Positions 49,776-63,125 of a DNA stretch of 64,000 bases are shown here, one piece after another. Source of the DNA: the human T2T-CHM13v2.0 reference genome, Homo sapiens. The notes under the pieces were generated by a model. That model was not told the origin of the DNA and made no database searches. It saw nothing but the letters and a program-made list of their open reading frames with translations. How positions within the stretch are numbered: the first letter of the stretch is position 1; the number at the start of each line of letters is the position of its first letter. The DNA is taken from NCBI RefSeq assembly GCF_009914755.1, contig NC_060941.1, one strand, 5' to 3'. A program made the translations under genes and the position numbers.

Positions 49776-52700
49776 GGTGGAACTGGGCACCATGAAGACA
49801 AGAAGGCCACCGGCCACCCCGTTCTGGCCTCAGGACACTGACCACCCCTGGGGGTGGTCTAGGGACTTAGGGGAACCTCATCTCAGCCGCAGGTGGAGCA
49901 CCCAGTCCCCAAAGACAGGCTGACCGCACCACCCCAGGGGGACGCCGCAGCACAGCCCAGCACCAGGTGGGGCAGAGGTGACCACGGCCCCTCTTTGCTC
50001 CGTCATCGGCTGGTCAGCTGTGGTCACGGTGCCTCAGAGGACAGATCTCTATGGGGGCAAGTGCCAGATCCTGAGAGCGCATGAGACGCTTTCCCGGAGC
50101 CGACGAAGGGGACTCGGAGCTGCAGCCTGCACGACCCCTGCAGCCTGTGCTTTGCCCACCCCTTTCAATAGATGGAACTTGCTTGCTCTTTTTTATTCTT
50201 CTCAGGATTCATTTTTTATTTCACATATTTGTTTGTTTGTTTATTTATTTCCATTGATCTCTTTACCCTGAGGTTTACTTGCAAAATCAGGGTTCATTTT
50301 TAAAGCAGGTCCTCAGCCCCAGCCACACTGAACCACCTCTGCCCTGACACGGGAGGGGTCCTAGCTGGGGTAGCTGGGCTTTAGCACCTGCTCACTGCCT
50401 GCCATGACCCCTGACCCCAGTCCTGGCCATCCTCCAGCCTGTCCCAGGAAGAGGGAGCAGAGAGCCTCATCTCAGCCTGGAGGGGGCCGAGGACGGGGGC
50501 AGCACACGGGCAGTCTGGGCTGTGGGGCAGGAGGCCAGACAGGGTGGCACTGGTGCCTGAGGGGTTGGGTGCCAGGCTCTGTGCCCGGCGGGGGCTAGGA
50601 TCGGGGGTGGCACCGTCCCCACAGGCTCTGAAAGTTGATCACTGTCCTCTGTCCTTGCCTGCCTTGCCCCAGAGGCACAGCCTCAAAACTGTCTCCACTG
50701 TGGGAAAGCAGCCCTAGGCCCCTGTCTGGCCACTTCATCTTCTCTTGGTGTGGGCTAGAGGCGCCAGCTGAGGAGTGGGGGCAAAGGGGATGGCCCACCT
50801 GCAGCCCAGCCCCAGCCCCTGGGCACCTTGCAAGCACCCCCCAGCCCTTGACATGCCGGCTGGCCTCCAGATCCCAGGCCCCCTGAGGATGCTGGAATCT
50901 GCCACAGAGCATGAAGAAGTCCCTGGAATCCTTTCTTGCCATTCACCTGACCTCTACAAGAAGGGGCCGGTGATCATGATTTGACAGCTTGGGACAAGAA
51001 TCCAGGGAGGCCGGGTCTCTGGCGCGCCTCCATGCCCCTTCAAGAAGGTGCTATCCTGGTGTTCCTGAGGAGCAGGGCGAGCCTGGGCCTGAGGGAACAG
51101 GTACACAGGCAGCAGCACTCAGGGCCGGGGAGTGCTGGCCCCACCCGCCTGCGCTCACTCGAAAGCTGCTTTGGAGGGCTGGGCTGCAGGGGCAGAGGCT
51201 CTGGAAAAGAGGCCCAGGCTGTGTAGCTGCCCTTCCTTGATGGAGCAGACTCTATTCTAGAAATTTCTATAAGAAGTAGACTCACTCCAGGACAAGTGGG
51301 GCTGGGGGGAGCGGATGCCGAGGGGCTCTGCGGGCACCTTGTGCCTAAAGTCACGGGGGGCACAGGAGAGAGCGGGAACTAGGTGGACTGTTGTGGCTGC
51401 CATCCATCGGCAACGCTGGCCGGAACCAGATGAGCAGTGTGGGGCGAGAGGGAGCCCCAGTGCGGCCCCTCAGGCCCTCCATGCTTCAGGGTGTCAGTGG
51501 CCCCGGACTGGCCTCACTCAGCCCTGGGCACTTGGGCCTGTCGGGGATCTAGCTTTCAGTGAGGACCCCACCGGTGGACTGAGGCTCCCCTCACCGTGGC
51601 AGAGGAATCTCTGCCCTTCCCACCGAAAGGGGCAGGAGCTAGTGGATGGGGACGGCTCACGGCCCTCCCTTTCCACTTGCCTTGGAAAGGGAGAGGCAGC
51701 AGACAGGAAGGGCCTTGGAACTCAGGCCAGTGTGGGGAGAGCGTCCCCAGAGAGTCCTTGGGGTGGGAGAGGGGTGGAGTTGACAGCCGGTGAGGCCGGC
51801 TTTGAGGTTGTGTGGACCCTGTCTGCCTCTAGCTCAAGTTGGGAGGGGTGTCAGCTGTGGAGCTGTGTGAGCCTCGGGGACAGCCACATGTGGGGTGCAG
51901 ACCGGTCTAGATGTGCCTGTCTGGTGGGCGCTGAAGGTCCCCTTGGGAGAGTCCAGGGCAGCACCTGATAAGCCGAGAGCTGCAGCCGTGTCCACCTGGA
52001 ACCTGTTTCCTCACCGGGAACATGAACACCTGCTTCAGAAGCTTTGGGGGTTAAAGGTGGGGATACACATAGGTCTCTTGCCCAGCGGTGGACACTCGGT
52101 ACACTCCTAATAAATGGGGCATGGGGTGGTGGAGTCCAGCACCTGGCTGGGCCCAGGAATGAGGCATCAGTGGTCGGAGGGAAGGGCGTCTGCCCACCTA
52201 GCATCTTTGGCAAGGATCTGCCTCCCAGCACCCCTGTGGAGTCCTGTCTGGATGGGAGGGAGAGCAGGGCCGTGGACAGCCTCCAGAGGTGTTCCCCTGA
52301 AACCTCTGAATGTCACCAGCACAAGCAGGCTGGGCTGGGCTCTCCCGGCAGTAACACCAACCGAGCACAGCCGTTGTCCTGGGGCATGCCGTCCAGGTTG
52401 GGGGACAGGGAGGCAGAGGTCCTGTGTCATTGCCCGTGAGTCCGGGGCTTAGGCACCGCTCTGGGGACCCCTCATGCTGGCCCCCAGGCCCACTGAGGCA
52501 TAGGTGAGACCATTGCATGGTCCTTGGAAGAACAGGGCTCCTCAGGCAGGGAGTGGACAGAGCCAATGCTGGCGATGGGGGACCTTGCCTCAAGCAGAGT
52601 CGTGGGAGATGGAGTCATGGGGGCGTGTGGGGGTCTAGGCAGGGGAGCTGCTGACTGCAGGTGGCCCAGCAGTACCCAGGTTTCTGCTCGCTCCCATTCC

Positions 52701-54481
52701 ACCTCCCCGAGGGCACTCGTGGGAAAGGGAAACATGGCACCCAGCTGGTGCCTCATTCCACCTACCTCCTGAGTCAAAGGGCTCCACCACCCCAGACACA
52801 CCCAGAGCCTGGTGTCCAGGATGCCATGTGTGTGCCCCAAGCCAGTAGGACCCTTGGGAGGCTCAGCACCCCCTGCCCCAAACAAATGCCTCTCCCCTCT
52901 CCACACTCACTGGCATTCCCACAGAATGCCCTCCTGACTTCTAGAGCTTTCCCTGTCCAGAGCTCCGGGAGCACAGGTGGCAGGGAATTAGAGGCATTAG
53001 AAGCACAGTGTGGAAGCTGGGCAGAGCTGGCTGAGATCCCACTGTCTCTTCCAGGCTGGCCTTGAGCAAAGCTCAAAACGCATCCCACAGGGGTCAGTAC
53101 CTGCCCATGTGGTGGGGGATATTCCACCAGGTGAAGTGTGTAAGGGCTCAGCAGGGAGCCTTGGCACATGGTGAGTCCTTGGTGAGGGAAGGCTGTTGGT
53201 TTGGAGAGGTGAGGCCCACAAGGCCGTCAGTCCGCCATGCTGTGCCAACCCCAGTGATGAGAGGATGAAGCCAGGTCAGGGAGGTCTCATCTACCAGGCT
53301 CCCACCTGAGCTGGCAGCTCCTCACGCCATCCCAAGCCATCAGAACTCAGGTCCTCGAAGGGAGGCCTGGCTGCCCCCTTCCTCTGGAGCCAGACAGGAC
53401 CACACCTCCTGCGCCCTGGGGCTTCACTCCAACAGGGGAGCTTCCCAGGGGGCCGGGAGACTCAGAAGAAATGCCCACAACTGCCTGGCATGTGGTAGGC
53501 TTTGCACAAAGAGCAGTAGCTTCAACCCCAATGACCCACCTCTGTGAGGGGGGCAGAGATGGCTCTGGGCTCCTCTGGGGCTGGAGGTCAGGCTCTGCTT
53601 AAAACCGTTGGTTCCTCAAGGACCATGGGTGTCAGGTGGGCCTCCCCAGCTGAGGGCCTGGCCAGGACCTGGTCAGGGGGTCCTTCATTTTCCCCTCCCC
53701 TTGCAAGAAGGAGCAGGCCAGAGCCTGGAGATAAGTTTGCAGACAATTTTTACGTGAGTAGTTTATGTTTGTTTTGAGATAAAAGTCATCATTTCCACTA
53801 CAACTCATTGACTTTTGGTATATTCACAATCATGTGCAACCATCATTACTGTTTAGTTCCAGAACGGTTTTTTACCCCAAAGGGAAACCCCATATCCATT
53901 AGTAGTCACTCCCCGTTCCCCCTTCCCCAGACCCTGGCACCCAGCAAGGGCTTCCTGTCTCTGGACAGGCCTGTTGTGGGCACCATGCCGACGTGGAATC
54001 ACCGTGTGTCTCTGGACAGGCCTGCTGTGGGCGCCATGCAGGTGTGGAATCACCGTGTAGTCTTTTCTGTCTGGCTTCCTTCTCTTGGCATAATGTTTTC
54101 AAGATGCACCTGTGTCGTGCCAGGTGTCAGGACCTCATTCTTCTTTATGGCTGAGTCATATTCCATCATATGGATCAGTATAAACATTTTGTTAATCCTG
54201 GTGGATATTTGGGTTTTTTCCATTCAGGGCTTTTGTGAATAATGCTGCAATGAAGACTGATGTACACGCTTTTGTGTAAACATGTTTTCAGTTGCCTTGG
54301 GTATATATACCTAGGAGTAGAATTTCTGGGTCATGTGGTGACCCTGTGTTTAACTTTCTGAGAAACTGCCAGACTTTTCCATAGCAGCTACATCAGTTCA
54401 CATCCCCACCAGCAATGCCCAAGGGTTCCAGGTTCTGCACACCCTCACCACCACTTGCTATTATCTGCCGCTTAGATTCTA

Positions 54482-54803
<322 letters not shown>

Positions 54804-55286
54804 AGTGGTATTTCATTGTGCATTTGATTTGCATTTCCTGATGGCTAATGGTGGTGAGCGCCTTCTCATGTCTAGTAACCATTTGTATATCCTCGTGAGC
54901 AAAGCATCTATTCAAATCCTTTGCCCATTTTAAAAATTGGGTTGTCATCTTGTTGAGTTGCAGAAGTTCTTTATGTTCTGAATCCTAGATATTGATCACT
55001 TCTTTAGTTTACAAATATTTTCTCCTGTGGGTTGTCATTATTTTCTTGTTAGTGTCCTTTGATGCATGAAAGTTTTTAAATTTGATGAAGTCCATCTATT
55101 TTGTTGCTTATGCTTTTGATGTTAGATTTAAGAAGCCATTGACTAATTCAAGGCCATGAAAATTTACACCTACATTTCCTTCTAAGAAATGTATAGTTTT
55201 AGTGCTTCTTACCTTTAAGTCTTTGATCCATTTTGACTTAAATTTGTGTATGGTGTAAGGGAGCAGGTCCCATGTCATACCTGTGA

Positions 55287-55905
<619 letters not shown>

Positions 55906-55983
55906 CATTTCCACTTCCTCCTTTCCACTCTGAACGCCTTTTATTTCTTTTTCTTGCCTCATTGCTCTGGCTGGAACGTCTAG

Positions 55984-55994
55984 CACTTTGTTGA
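55984..55994 (+). CDS. ENDOV: ENDOV exon 10 coding part (A)LC*, then 3' UTR
   Basis: ctag acceptor; G|CA CTT TGT TGA gives the known ...GESSALC end of the 282-aa isoform. Confidence 0.8.
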
Positions 55995-56250
55995 ACGTGG
56001 TGGTGAGAGCACACGTCCTCGTCTCATTCCTGATCGAACGCGGTGGTGAGAGCACACGTCCTCGTCTCGTTCCTGATCGAACGCGGTGGTGAGAGCACAC
56101 GTCCTCGTCTCGTTCCTGATCGAACGCGGTGGTGAGAGCACACGTCCTCGTCTCGTTCCTGATCGAACGCGGTGGTGAGAGCACACGTCCTCGTCTCGTT
56201 CCTGATCGAACGTGGTGGTGAGAGCACACGTCCTTGTCTTGTTCCTGATC
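55994..56250 (+). repeat. 43-bp VNTR, 6 near-identical copies, at the start of the ENDOV 3' UTR
   Basis: aacgcggtggtgagagcacacgtcctcgtctcgttcctgatcg at 55994, 56037, 56080, 56123, 56166, 56209. Confidence 0.95.
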
Positions 56251-57953
56251 TTAAGGGAACGTTTGCAGTCTTTCACCACTAGATGTGATGTGAGCTGTTA
56301 GATTTTCAAGGATGCTCTTCATCCAGCTGAAGACGGTCCCTTCTAGTCCTAATTTGTTAAGTGTTTTTATCCTTAAAGGGTACTGGATTTTGTCAAATGC
56401 TTTTCTGGCCTCTATTGAAAAGATCCTGTGTTCTTCTGTTAATATGAGGTGTTACATTGATTGATTTTCATATGTTGAGCCAGTTTCCATTTGTGGAATA
56501 CATCTAACTCGGTCATGGTGTATAATCCATTTACTCTGCTGCTGAATGTGATTTGCTTGTATTTTGGTGCGGATTTTTACATCTGTATTTATAAGGGATA
56601 TTGGTCTGGTGTTTTCTTATGATGTCTTCCTTTGGTTTTGATATCAGGATAATATTAGCCTCATAGATTGGGTTAGGAAATGTTCTCTCCTCCGTTTTTT
56701 TTGGAAGAGAGAGATTGGTGTTAATTCTTGCTAGAACCTTTGGTAGAATTTGCCAGTAAGCCTATCTGGTCTTGGGTCTTTGGGAGGATTTTGATTCGAT
56801 TCAATCTATGTATTTGTTATAGATCGTTCGGATTGTCCATCCCTGAGTCAGTTGCTAGCTTGTGTGTTTCTTGGAGTTTTTCCGTTTCGTCCATGTTATC
56901 TCATCTGTTGGCATACCGTCGTTCACGGGATTTTATTGATGTGTGTGAGGTCTCTGAGAACGTCCCTGCCTTCACTCCTGCTTTTAGTCACTGGCATCTT
57001 CTTTTAACTTGGGCCATCTGGCCGTGCATGGTTTTGGGAGAGTCCTCCTTGACTCTGCAGATGCTGAGCAGTGATCTGGCTGGGAAAGGGGACCAGGAGT
57101 GCAGGGCACCTGCTGAGGACTCACCTAAGCCCAAGAGTCAGAGAGTCGGAGCTCCAACCACATCTGCCTGCATGCCTTTCCCAGGCTCTCCCCAGGCGGA
57201 CAGCCAGCACCCCCTCCCCAAAGACCGGGCAGTTCCTGACCAGCACCCCACCAAGTCCTCAGTAAGGCCTGTCTTTGGGGGAGCAGGGTTTCAGGAGGAC
57301 AGTGGGGGTGGTGTAGAACTCATGGCTGGCGGTTCCGGGCCTCTCAGGAAGCTTTGCCACTGGGCTTGGGGTTAAGTGGGTGTGGGGCTCCGAACCCTAA
57401 ATGGGTGAGAGTTGAAATGAAAGCGGCACCTGTAGTCCGTTTGGGGTGCAGGTGTGTGCCAGGGGTCTTCAGCCCCGGCTGATGGCCACATGAACCACAT
57501 GAGGAGAGGCAGGGCGTGTCAGCAGCAAACCTAAGTGTGTGCTCATTTCTGTGGGCCCTTACTCTGTGACACTGCAGCTCTCCAGAGAGACGCTTTGAAA
57601 ACAAAACAGGAAAGAACACACGGCCCCGCGTCTGTTGCCTGAGTCACTGTATTCCTTAAAAGGTGAAGGACCCTGGTCCTTGGCTTTTCGTGCACATGAG
57701 AAAATGTTGGCCAAGGTTAGCGATTATGCTTCTGTAATCTGTAACCAGAAGTGCTCTTATGCCCAAACCTTGATGTGATTCTGCTGTAATGTAACTTCGG
57801 AGCCAGCTGGATGGATGTGACTGTGCAGGTCCTGAGCCCCGGCCCCCGTAACCAAGCAGTGGGCCGAGACACTGAGCCGGGCAGTCAAACAGGAGCTCTC
57901 TAAGGCTGCTCCCGGGCTGGGACCTGGGTCTAGGATTCTCAGTAAGACCTTTG

Positions 57954-57959
57954 AATAAA
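57954..57959 (+). terminator. ENDOV: Probable ENDOV distal poly(A) signal
   Basis: AATAAA followed by a T-rich tract about 2 kb after the exon 10 stop. Confidence 0.6.
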
Positions 57960-60014
57960 ACTAACTTGAATTCTTCAAAAGCTTGATTTTTTTTCTTCAG
58001 TCAAAAGCATCTTGCAGAGATGCCAGCCCACCATGGGGATGTGCAGTGGCAGCCCTGAGCTGGCCCAGCCCCTTTCCCCAAGGCTGCTCTGGGGAGGGGG
58101 GCGGGTTTGGGGGAGTAGAGTGCAGGGGATTGAAGCAGGGGAAACAGGGTGTGAGGGTCAAGGGGGGCTAGAATTGGGGGAGCAGGTTCACGGGCCAGGG
58201 GCTGGGCAGGGGTGGGCCTGGGCACCTGGTAGGTGGGGGAGCCCCAACTTCCCATCCCTGCGTCACACGCCCTTCCCCTGCAGGGTGGGGGTCTGCAGGG
58301 TTGGCATGTGCCCCCCTGCCCTGTCCCCACCCTACTCCCCGGCGGCAGGCAGAGGGGCGTGCAGGGGGGCCCTAAGTGCAGTGACGTCTCGACTCTGACT
58401 CCGACCCACAGAACTTTAAAAATAGGGCCGTGGTAAAGTCCGTCTCTACAGACCACAGCCTGCCCAGAGCTAAGAATATTCTTGAACCACTTAATAATTC
58501 AAGTCAGATCCAAATAGATTTTCCTGCTCACTTGCGGGCCTCTGTGTCCCTTTCCCAGGCCCCCACCCTGCCTGGAGGCTGGGAGGGAAAGACTCCAAGA
58601 AGCAGGTGGGCCTGGCCTTTGGAGCCTCTGAGACCCCAGCTGGTCCTGCGTCCCCTCTCCTGTGGCACTCAGGATCAGAAGACACACCAGGGCTGGAGTG
58701 GTCCTTTAGGATCTGGCCAAGGTCAGGCCCCAGGGAGGGGCCCCTCTGGTGGTCCTAGCTGTCCCAAGCCCCACCCCTGCTCTGGCCACAGGCATTGGAC
58801 TATTTGAATCTGGGTCTGAGCTGGGCCTTGGCCCCTTGCACAGCATCTGACCTGAGCCACGCACCTCTCATGGGGGCCCCGTCCTCCAGGGCCAAGGGCA
58901 GCATGAGCTCCAGGAGAGCCAGCCTCGCCCCTCACACCCTGGTAGCTGGTACACGCCCACCCCAGGGCCTGTGTCCTGCCTCCTCTGCGGAAGAGTCCCT
59001 GAAGGGCCTGGCCTGGGGCTCCTTGTCCTGGTGGAAGTGGCTGTGCACAGGCAACCAGGGCCCTGGGTTCCAGACCAAGGCCTCTGTACTTGTGTGCTGT
59101 GTGTGCTTGGGTAAGCCACTTCGCCTCTCTGAGCCTCTTATCAGTGGGACCGATGCTTTTAGAATAAGCTGTGGTGTTTGGGGCAGGAAGGGGTATCTGA
59201 CGGGTGCCCTGAGGCCTGAGTCACCCTCTCCTCCAGGGGCAGTGCCCAAGCTGCAGACACCCCTCACCCATCCCTGTCTCCCCCCAGGCTCTGGTCTTTC
59301 AAACAGGAACTCAGGGTGAAGGGGTGCCACCTGGGAATGTTTGGGGGAGCCCACACTTGCTGGCGGGGAAGTGCTCACCAGCCTGGCCCCCCAACCCCGG
59401 CAGCAGCCCAGCCTTAGCAGTCCCTGCTGAACTTCCCTGGCCAGGCCCCGAGTGGAGTTTTACCAAATTATTAATTAAGGGCAAAGCCATGCTGCAGCGC
59501 TGACATCCAGATGAATAGCACGCGGTGTAATTAGGCGAGGTGTCATGGAGATGATGGAGTACAGCCTGCTAGCCCCAATTCACCTCCCCGGCAAGCAGGA
59601 GCAACTTCTCTGTGTCCTACCACCATGGGCGGCTGGTGTGGGGCCAGTAGGGGTGTGGCTAAAGGGGCCAGCTGACAGCTATTGCGGGTGCCACGGGCCC
59701 TGTGGACAGGGCTGGGCTCCTCCCCCAGGGACAGGCACCCCTTCCCCTCTGATTGCCATGGGCAGAACCCAAAAGGGAGTAAAGTGCAGAAAGGGGCAGG
59801 CAAGGTGGGAGGCAGGCTAAGGCAGGAGGGATGAGGACCAGGACAAATCCACAGATAGACCCGGAGCAGCCCAGAGAGGGGCATGGAGGGAGCACAGGAG
59901 GGCCGAGAGGGGCCGGGGAGGAGGTGCAGAATCCAGGAAGACAGGACAGGCCTCGGGGCCCTACCCTGGGGTTGCCTGGGCCTGACAGAGAGCTGGGAGC
60001 GGGGAGCAGCTTGA

Positions 60015-60348
<334 letters not shown>

Positions 60349-60896
60349 TACATTTCATGTATGCTTTTAATCAACATCATAAATTGACAGTTTTAATAAT
60401 CAAATAGTACTACAAGGCTTCTGACGAAAAACCACACCTCTTTCCTGATTCCCCCTTCTCAGAGGCAACCTTTTCTGTGATTGTAGCTGATTCTCTTTGG
60501 TATTTACTTCCGAATAGCCATGCTCATGTTGCTGCTGGTGCTGCTTTTTTTTTTCTCCTTTTCAGATTGAGAAATTTACCCATGTCCTTCCCACGATGGC
60601 GGCTGAAAGCTTGTTCTCTCACACGTGCCCCCCCACACTCTCCCACCAGCTTCTCCTTTTGATTGAATCAGAATTCAATGTATGCACTATTATTTCTCAG
60701 CACACACTCTTCCCAGCTGAGTAATGTATTGTAATTACATTTCCTTTCTTGTACAACCACTTATTTTTCCTGGACTTAATAATTGCCTCATTTAGGGGAT
60801 TGGGTTGATATTCTGTGTACCCATTACTTATTTATCCCCAAACCCTGCCATGGAAGTATAAATCTCCTTTTGGTTCATTAAAAACATCCGGCCCAT

Positions 60897-61012
60897 CTGG
60901 GCACAGTGGCTCACGCCTGTAATCCCAACAGTTTGGGAGGCCGAGGCGGGAGAATTGCTTGAGCCCAGTAGTTCGAGACCAACTTGACAACATAGCGAAA
61001 CCCCATCTCCAT
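60897..61012 (+). mobile_element. Alu left monomer / FLAM
   Basis: left arm only. Confidence 0.75.
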
Positions 61013-61065
61013 CACTATTTAGTTTTAAATAAAAGATATTTTTAAAATTAAAAACATCCAGGCCA

Positions 61066-61148
61066 GGCTGCGCTGGGCCCGCCTCACTGTAGGGGGCTGC
61101 GCTGGGCCCGCCTCACTGTCGGGGGCTGCGCTGGGCCTGCCTCACTGC
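61066..61148 (+). repeat. 29-bp tandem repeat, about 3 copies
   Basis: ggctgcgctgggcccgcctcactgt.ggg. Confidence 0.85.
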
Positions 61149-61162
61149 ACGGGAAGTGTGCT

Positions 61163-61183
61163 GCCGCTGTCCTTGGTGCTGAA
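61163..61183 (-). promoter_or_regulatory. REST/NRSF RE1 silencer element
   Basis: - strand TTCAGCACCAAGGACAGCGGC, 19/21 to consensus TTCAGCACCACGGACAGCGCC. Confidence 0.85.
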
Positions 61184-62574
61184 GTCAAGGCTGGGGCCGG
61201 AGCCTCTCCTCCAGCCTCACTCCTCTTCAGCTTCCGCCCTGCTTCGCCTCCATTCCTGCCCAAGACCCCCTGGGGAGCAGACCCCAGGCCCTCCTCAAGA
61301 CTGCCGACCCCAGCCCTCGTCCCAGCCCAGGCCATCTCTCCCAGGCCTTGCCTTTCTGTACCAGGTGGTCTTCCTCCCCAGGGGGCTCCTCCCCGCAGCC
61401 CTGGCAGACAGCTTGAATCCTGGAGTTGCAGCAGGTGGGTGTCTGAGTGGAGCTCCCTTGTGTATAATCAGAACTCTCCAGGTTACATGTGACAAAAACC
61501 AACTTAAGCAAAGCTGGGACCTCGTTAGTTCACTCCAGGAGGCAGCGCCGCCCTGCATGGCCTGGCCTTGGCTCCCTCCCTCTCCGGGAGGCTGCTCCCT
61601 CATCAGCCCAGCCTCACTTCCTCACCCACATAACAATCCTTGGCAGAGTGAGCCCTGCTGTTCCAGCGGCCCCAGTGGCCCCAGCGAAGGCCCCACGCCG
61701 ACACTTGTTGGCTGGCCAGGCTTGAGTCACATGCCTTCCCCTGAACCCCTCACTGTGGCCTGTGGTCGGGGGGCCAAGTGCCCAGTGCAGAGCTAGGGCC
61801 TGGAGCAGCCTCAGTGCACCTTGTGGAGAGGGGGACTTCTCAGTAGAACAGCACTCTTGCCAGGAGAAGGAACACCTGGTTGAGAAAACCGAGGTCAGGT
61901 GACCTTCTCAAGAAGGGTCAGTGGCTTCAGGATCTCTCATAAAGCTTCATCTCCAAGGCCCAAGGAGAGCAACAGTGTCCCATCTTGTCTCCAGGTAATT
62001 CTATTCCGGTGCCAGCAGAGAACAGCGTGATTAAGCCTCCATTATTAACTTGCCAATCTTGTTTCTGGGGCACAGACGCTAACGGCTTAGGGGACCCAGT
62101 TGGCATATAATGAGGTCTCCATGACAAATTACTTGGTTATCAATTAACTATCTGGGGAAATGTCAAGCAGGATCCATCATGCTGGCAGGAAGAGAGAGCC
62201 AATTAACCCAGGGCAGTTCATCCAACCCACCGTCGCTGCGTCCAGCAGGGCCAGGAATGAGAGAAAGGGCCTGTGGAGCCCAGAGCAGGGCAGTTCCTCC
62301 ACCCCCCCAGGGACGGTGTGACACCGGCTGCGGCTACACTGGTGGCAGCTTCTGCAGTCATGCCTCGCGTGCTCGGCGCACCACTCTTGCCTGTACCTGT
62401 CTCTGTCCATTCATTCATTCATTCCACAGTCACCTGCATGTCAGACCTGGACCAGGCACGGATGGGAGAGGTGACTGAGGGCTGAGGTTAGGGAGGGACA
62501 CACGTGCAGACTGCAGACAGGTGTCCCTGTCTTGTGTGGTCTCTGCAGTCAGCAAGATGGGTAACAGCATCCTC

Positions 62575-63125
62575 AGGACAGGGAGGAAAGAAGAGTTCAT
62601 TCTAAAGGTGGTGGGGGGACAGAGAGAGCATCATAGCTGGGAGGAGAGAAGAGTTCATTTTAAGGGGGTGGGCGGGGGACAGCATCACAGAGCTGGGAGA
62701 AGAGTTCATTCTAAGGGGGTAAGGGGGGGACAAAGCATCACAGAGCTGGGAGGAGGAGAGAAGAGTTTGTTCTAAAAGTGGGGGGCACAGAACATCATAG
62801 AGCTGGGAGGAGAGAAGAATTCATTTTAAGGCGGTAAGGAGGGGACAGCATCACAGAGCTGGGAGAAGAGTTCATTTTAAGAGAGGGTGACAGAGTGTCT
62901 CAGAGCCAGGAGGAGGAGAGAAGAGTTCATTCTAAGGTGGGGGACAGAGCATCACAGAGCTGGGAGAAGAGTTCATTCTAAGGGGCGGGGGACAGAGAGA
63001 CACAGAGAGACTCTGTGACAGCATCACAGAGCTGGGAGGAGGAGAGAAGAGTTCATTCTAAGTGGGGGTTGGGGGGTGGGGGCACGACAGAGTGCATCAC
63101 GGAGCTGGGAGGTGGAGGAGGAGAA
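62575..63125 (+). repeat. Degenerate purine-rich minisatellite of about 50-60 bp, about 10 copies
   Basis: agcatcacagagctgggagga(g)gagaagagttcattctaag(G)n gacag. Confidence 0.85.

Noticed and set aside
55994-56250. CRISPR-like array or repeat-protein ORFs on the minus strand
   Set aside because: Head-to-tail units with no unique spacers; the ORFs are by-products of the VNTR.
58738-58756. CTCF-like motif CCACCAGAGGGGCC on the minus strand
   Set aside because: Imperfect match in GC-rich DNA; cannot be supported without ChIP data.
62575-63125. CRISPR-like repeat/spacer pattern
   Set aside because: Linkers are related G/purine runs, repeats are degenerate, the context is eukaryotic and there are no cas genes.
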